Origin: an uncultured Actinomycetes bacterium | Lineage (GTDB): Bacteria; Actinomycetota; Thermoleophilia; UBA2241 | DNA: 64,000 nt | NCBI GenBank assembly: GCA_963709345.1 | Contig: CAVPVX010000007.1 | Location: 544,001-608,000 of the forward strand | Reading direction: 5' to 3' | In this document: positions 61,263 through 64,000 of the stretch, in pieces | Position numbering within the stretch: position 1 is the stretch's first letter | Layout: the number at the start of each line of letters is the position of its first letter | Made by a program: the position numbers and the translations under genes | The notes under the pieces: model-generated | Told to the model about the DNA's origin: nothing | What the model saw: the letters and a program-made list of their open reading frames with translations, nothing else | Databases searched by the model: none

Positions 61263-62438
61263 TCAGCCAGCCTCGGCGGCCTTGGCGCGCTGGTAGTACT
61301 CCTCCTGATGCGCCGTCTCGAGAGCCGTCCACTCGACGCCATCGGCGGCGGCCAAGGCCGCCGCGCCGGTCACGCGACGCTCGAAGCGTCGGCCGGCCTC
61401 GCGCAGCGCCAGTTCCGGGTCGACGTGCAGGAGGCGGGCGACGTTGACCGTGGCGAAGAGCAGGTCGCCGACCTCGTGAGCGACCCGCGGGTCGCTGCGG
61501 TGCGGGTCCGGTCCGGCGTGGGTCCCGGCCTCCGCCTCGGCGAAGAGCTCGGCCAGCTCGGCGTGCTCTTCGGCGACCTTGGGGAATGCCTCGGCCGCCG
61601 AGGACCAGTCGAACCCGACGCTCGCGACGCGCTGCTGCAGCTTCTTCACGTACAGCAGCGCCGGAAAGCCGGCCGGGACGTCGTGGAAGATGCCCTCGCG
61701 ACCTTCCTGCTCGACCTTGATGCGCTCCCAGCGGCTCTTGACCTCGGCCGGAGTGTCGGCCACGGCGTCGGCGAAGACGTGCGGATGCCGGCGGATGAGC
61801 TTGACCTCGATGTCGCGGGCGACGCTGGCGAGATCGCCAGCGCCCTCTTCGCTGAGCATGAGGGCGAGCAGCACGACCTGCAGCAGCAGGTCGCCGAGCT
61901 CGCCGTGCTCTGCCGCCAGATCGCCGGCGGCGATGGCGTCGGCAAGTTCGTGCACCTCTTCGACGGTGTAGCCGACGATGTCGCGCGGCGTCTGCTCGCG
62001 GTCCCAGGGGCACTCGGCGCGCAGCACGTCGACGATGCGCTTGAGCGAGACCAGTTCCTGGCCGAGCAGGGCGTCGTCGAAGGACTGGGCGTCCGGGATG
62101 GTGACGATCGGCACGGCGTGTGGAGCGGCGCCCGGCGCTCCGACAGCTGCCCGCCGGCGCAGCGCCCGCGCCAGCTGCGGGCCCTGAGGACCGGCGAGCG
62201 CCACCACGACCTCGCCGTCCGACGCGCTGCGCACCACGTCGTCGAGCCCGTCGCCGTCCGAGGGGTCGAGCTCGAGCAGCCGGCCGTAGCCGGGGTCGGC
62301 GGCCTCGGCGACGAGTTCGCGCAGATCCCCGTTGAGGCCGACCGGCACGAAGACGGCGCCACCGGCGGCGAGCGCCCGCAGTGAGCCTGCGGGCGCCAAG
62401 CCGGCGGCGGCGCCGATGTATACGAGCCTGAGACTCAT
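61263..62438 (-). CDS. mazG: MazG nucleoside triphosphate pyrophosphohydrolase with a degenerate N-terminal domain
   Basis: CPWDREQT, EE..EL, ELGDLL, KLIRRHPHVF, GFDW and EVGDLLF. Confidence 0.93.
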   Translation of the reverse strand: MSLRLVYIGAAAGLAPAGSLRALAAGGAVFVPVGLNGDLRELVAEAADPGYGRLLELDPSDGDGLDDVVRSASDGEVVVALAGPQGPQLARALRRRAAVGAPGAAPHAVPIVTIPDAQSFDDALLGQELVSLKRIVDVLRAECPWDREQTPRDIVGYTVEEVHELADAIAAGDLAAEHGELGDLLLQVVLLALMLSEEGAGDLASVARDIEVKLIRRHPHVFADAVADTPAEVKSRWERIKVEQEGREGIFHDVPAGFPALLYVKKLQQRVASVGFDWSSAAEAFPKVAEEHAELAELFAEAEAGTHAGPDPHRSDPRVAHEVGDLLFATVNVARLLHVDPELALREAGRRFERRVTGAAALAAADGVEWTALETAHQEEYYQRAKAAEAG

Positions 62439-62472
62439 CGTCGTGTCACGACGCCCCGAAGGGCAGGTGTCG

Positions 62473-63513
62473 TTACTCCGACGGCGAGGGAGACGGCTCC
62501 GTCGAGGCGGCCGCGCTCGGTGACGCGGTCAGCATCGCGGGATCGTAGCCGGGAGCGTAGACCACGTCTGCGTCTTTCGTGGCCTGCTTCAGCCAGTCCT
62601 CCCACGACGTCGACTGCTTCTGGAACTTGAGCTGCTGCTCGATCGTCGCCTTGGCCTCTTCGAAGGTCTGCTCGGAGCCCGGAGTCTTCTTCGTGACCTC
62701 GATGACGTGCCAGCCGAACTGGCTCTTGACGGGAGCGGAGACCTCGCCGATCGCGAGCGCGAAGGCGGCCTCCTCGAACTCCGGCACCATGCGTCCCTTG
62801 GGGAAGTTGCCGAGAGCACCACCGCTGTTCTTGGAGCCGGGGTCGGTGGAGTACTCCTTGGCGACTTTCTTCCAGTTGGCGTCGCTGTTGTCGGCATCGA
62901 GAAGCTTCTGGACCTTCTCGGCGTCGGCCTTGGACTTGACGAGCACGTGCCGGGCGTCGACCGACTCGGCGACGACGAACTGCTCCTTGTTCTTCGGGTC
63001 CTCGAAGTAGGTCTTCATGTCTGCTTCAGTGACCTCGACCGACTCGTTGACCTTCTTCTGCACGGCCTCCTGGAGCATCTGCGACTCGAGTTGCACCTCG
63101 AGCTCCGCCATTGTCACGGCCTGCTCGCCGAGCAGCTCTTCGAGCTTCTTCTTGCCGCCGACCTGCTTGGTGATCTCGTCCATGCGCTCGGCGATCTGCT
63201 TGTCGGTCACCGACACGTCCATCTCGGCGGCCTGCTGCTTGATGATCTCGTTCTGGACCAGGTAGTTGACGATGCTCGCTTTGAGCTGGTTGTACTGCTC
63301 GCTGCCGTCTTTGGGGAACGGCGGCGCGCCCTCTTGCGATGTGTACTGCGCCTCGGCCTGCTTCCAGATCTGGTCGAACTGATCTTGGGTGACGACGCCG
63401 TCACCGACGGCGGCGATGGCGCCGGCGGGGACCTTGTTGCCTCCGCACGCAGCCAGTGCGAGCACAGGCACGAGCAGGGCGAGCAACGCCACGCCCATGA
63501 TGAGCTTCTTCAT
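62473..63513 (-). CDS. prsA: PrsA-like parvulin PPIase lipoprotein
   Basis: Lipobox LAAC, ARHVLV, GG.LG, MVPEFEEAAF and VKSQFGWHVI. Confidence 0.88.
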   Translation of the reverse strand: MKKLIMGVALLALLVPVLALAACGGNKVPAGAIAAVGDGVVTQDQFDQIWKQAEAQYTSQEGAPPFPKDGSEQYNQLKASIVNYLVQNEIIKQQAAEMDVSVTDKQIAERMDEITKQVGGKKKLEELLGEQAVTMAELEVQLESQMLQEAVQKKVNESVEVTEADMKTYFEDPKNKEQFVVAESVDARHVLVKSKADAEKVQKLLDADNSDANWKKVAKEYSTDPGSKNSGGALGNFPKGRMVPEFEEAAFALAIGEVSAPVKSQFGWHVIEVTKKTPGSEQTFEEAKATIEQQLKFQKQSTSWEDWLKQATKDADVVYAPGYDPAMLTASPSAAASTEPSPSPSE

Positions 63514-64000
63514 AGATTCTCTCTCCCAGGAGTTGCCGACCGGTCGTGAGACACGCGGGTCTCGAGTATAGCATCGAGCAAAGATTCGACCCACCGGAGC
63601 AGCGGGGGCTCGGACCCTTCGCGATGCGCGCCGAGCGACGCCCGCTGTTTGAAGTAGACGATGCGCGAGTCGGCGGCGCGCAGGCGCGTGGCGGCGTCGT
63701 CGCCGAGCTCGAGTCCCTCGACCTGCAGGCGACTGCCGCGGTAGGCGACGGCGCTCGCGCCGAGCTCCGCCGCCTTCAGCCGGATCGCCTGCAGGCTCAG
63801 AAGGCTCTCGACCGGCTCGGGCGGCGCGCCGAAGCGGTCGGCGAGCTCGGCGCGCACGTCCCCGAGATCGCCGAGCGTGCGAGCGCGCGCGATGCGCCGG
63901 TGCGCGTCGATCTTGCTGGCCTCGTAAGCGATGTACTCCGGCGGCACGTAGGCAGTGACGGGAAGGTCGACGCGCACCGGGGCCACGGCGGCCGCCTGCT
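63510..64000 (-). CDS. mfd: Transcription-repair coupling factor, C-terminal TRCF domain (truncated by window edge)
   Basis: DLPV.AYVP..YI.....KI..HRRI and ELADRFG.PP..V..L; position upstream of prsA-mazG-eno. Confidence 0.88.
   Translation of the reverse strand, partial: QAAAVAPVRVDLPVTAYVPPEYIAYEASKIDAHRRIARARTLGDLGDVRAELADRFGAPPEPVESLLSLQAIRLKAAELGASAVAYRGSRLQVEGLELGDDAATRLRAADSRIVYFKQRASLGAHREGSEPPLLRWVESLLDAILETRVSHDRSATPGRENL

Overview
GC-rich bacterial chromosomal DNA with an actinobacterial signature: the mfd-prsA-mazG-eno-divIC-DUF501-ppx-tRNA-Leu(UAA) neighbourhood, a Gram-positive LexA box, and CsoR- and Zur-type operators. A Thermoleophilia-like lineage is my inference only. Most of the window is housekeeping or accessory metabolism: two antiporters, a macro-domain gene, sdhCDAB, a LytS/LytTR-USP-DUF485-actP cluster, hsp20-lon, a DEDD/GIY-YIG nuclease, a LexA-controlled DUF6504-dnaE2 cassette, a PASTA kinase, accC, copA and zur-znuACB. 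I found no CRISPR array, prophage, rRNA or intact transposase. The best leads are: (1) a type IV pilus region with a receiver-MshEN-PilB/GspE fusion, flanked by two convergent, sequence-related hairpin elements behind sigma28-like promoters, with a third such promoter before the pilin; (2) a sigma-less partner-switching module (RsbW, NMT1-type binding protein, Cache/HAMP/PP2C, STAS) facing an RsbW-GNAT fusion; (3) an IS110/IS1111 relic that has lost almost all of its transposase but keeps the right-end non-coding region; (4) a 6C-like multi-hairpin sRNA candidate; (5) several unannotated small ORFs and apparent ACG start codons. All family assignments come from recognising motifs by eye. No database search or folding program was run.
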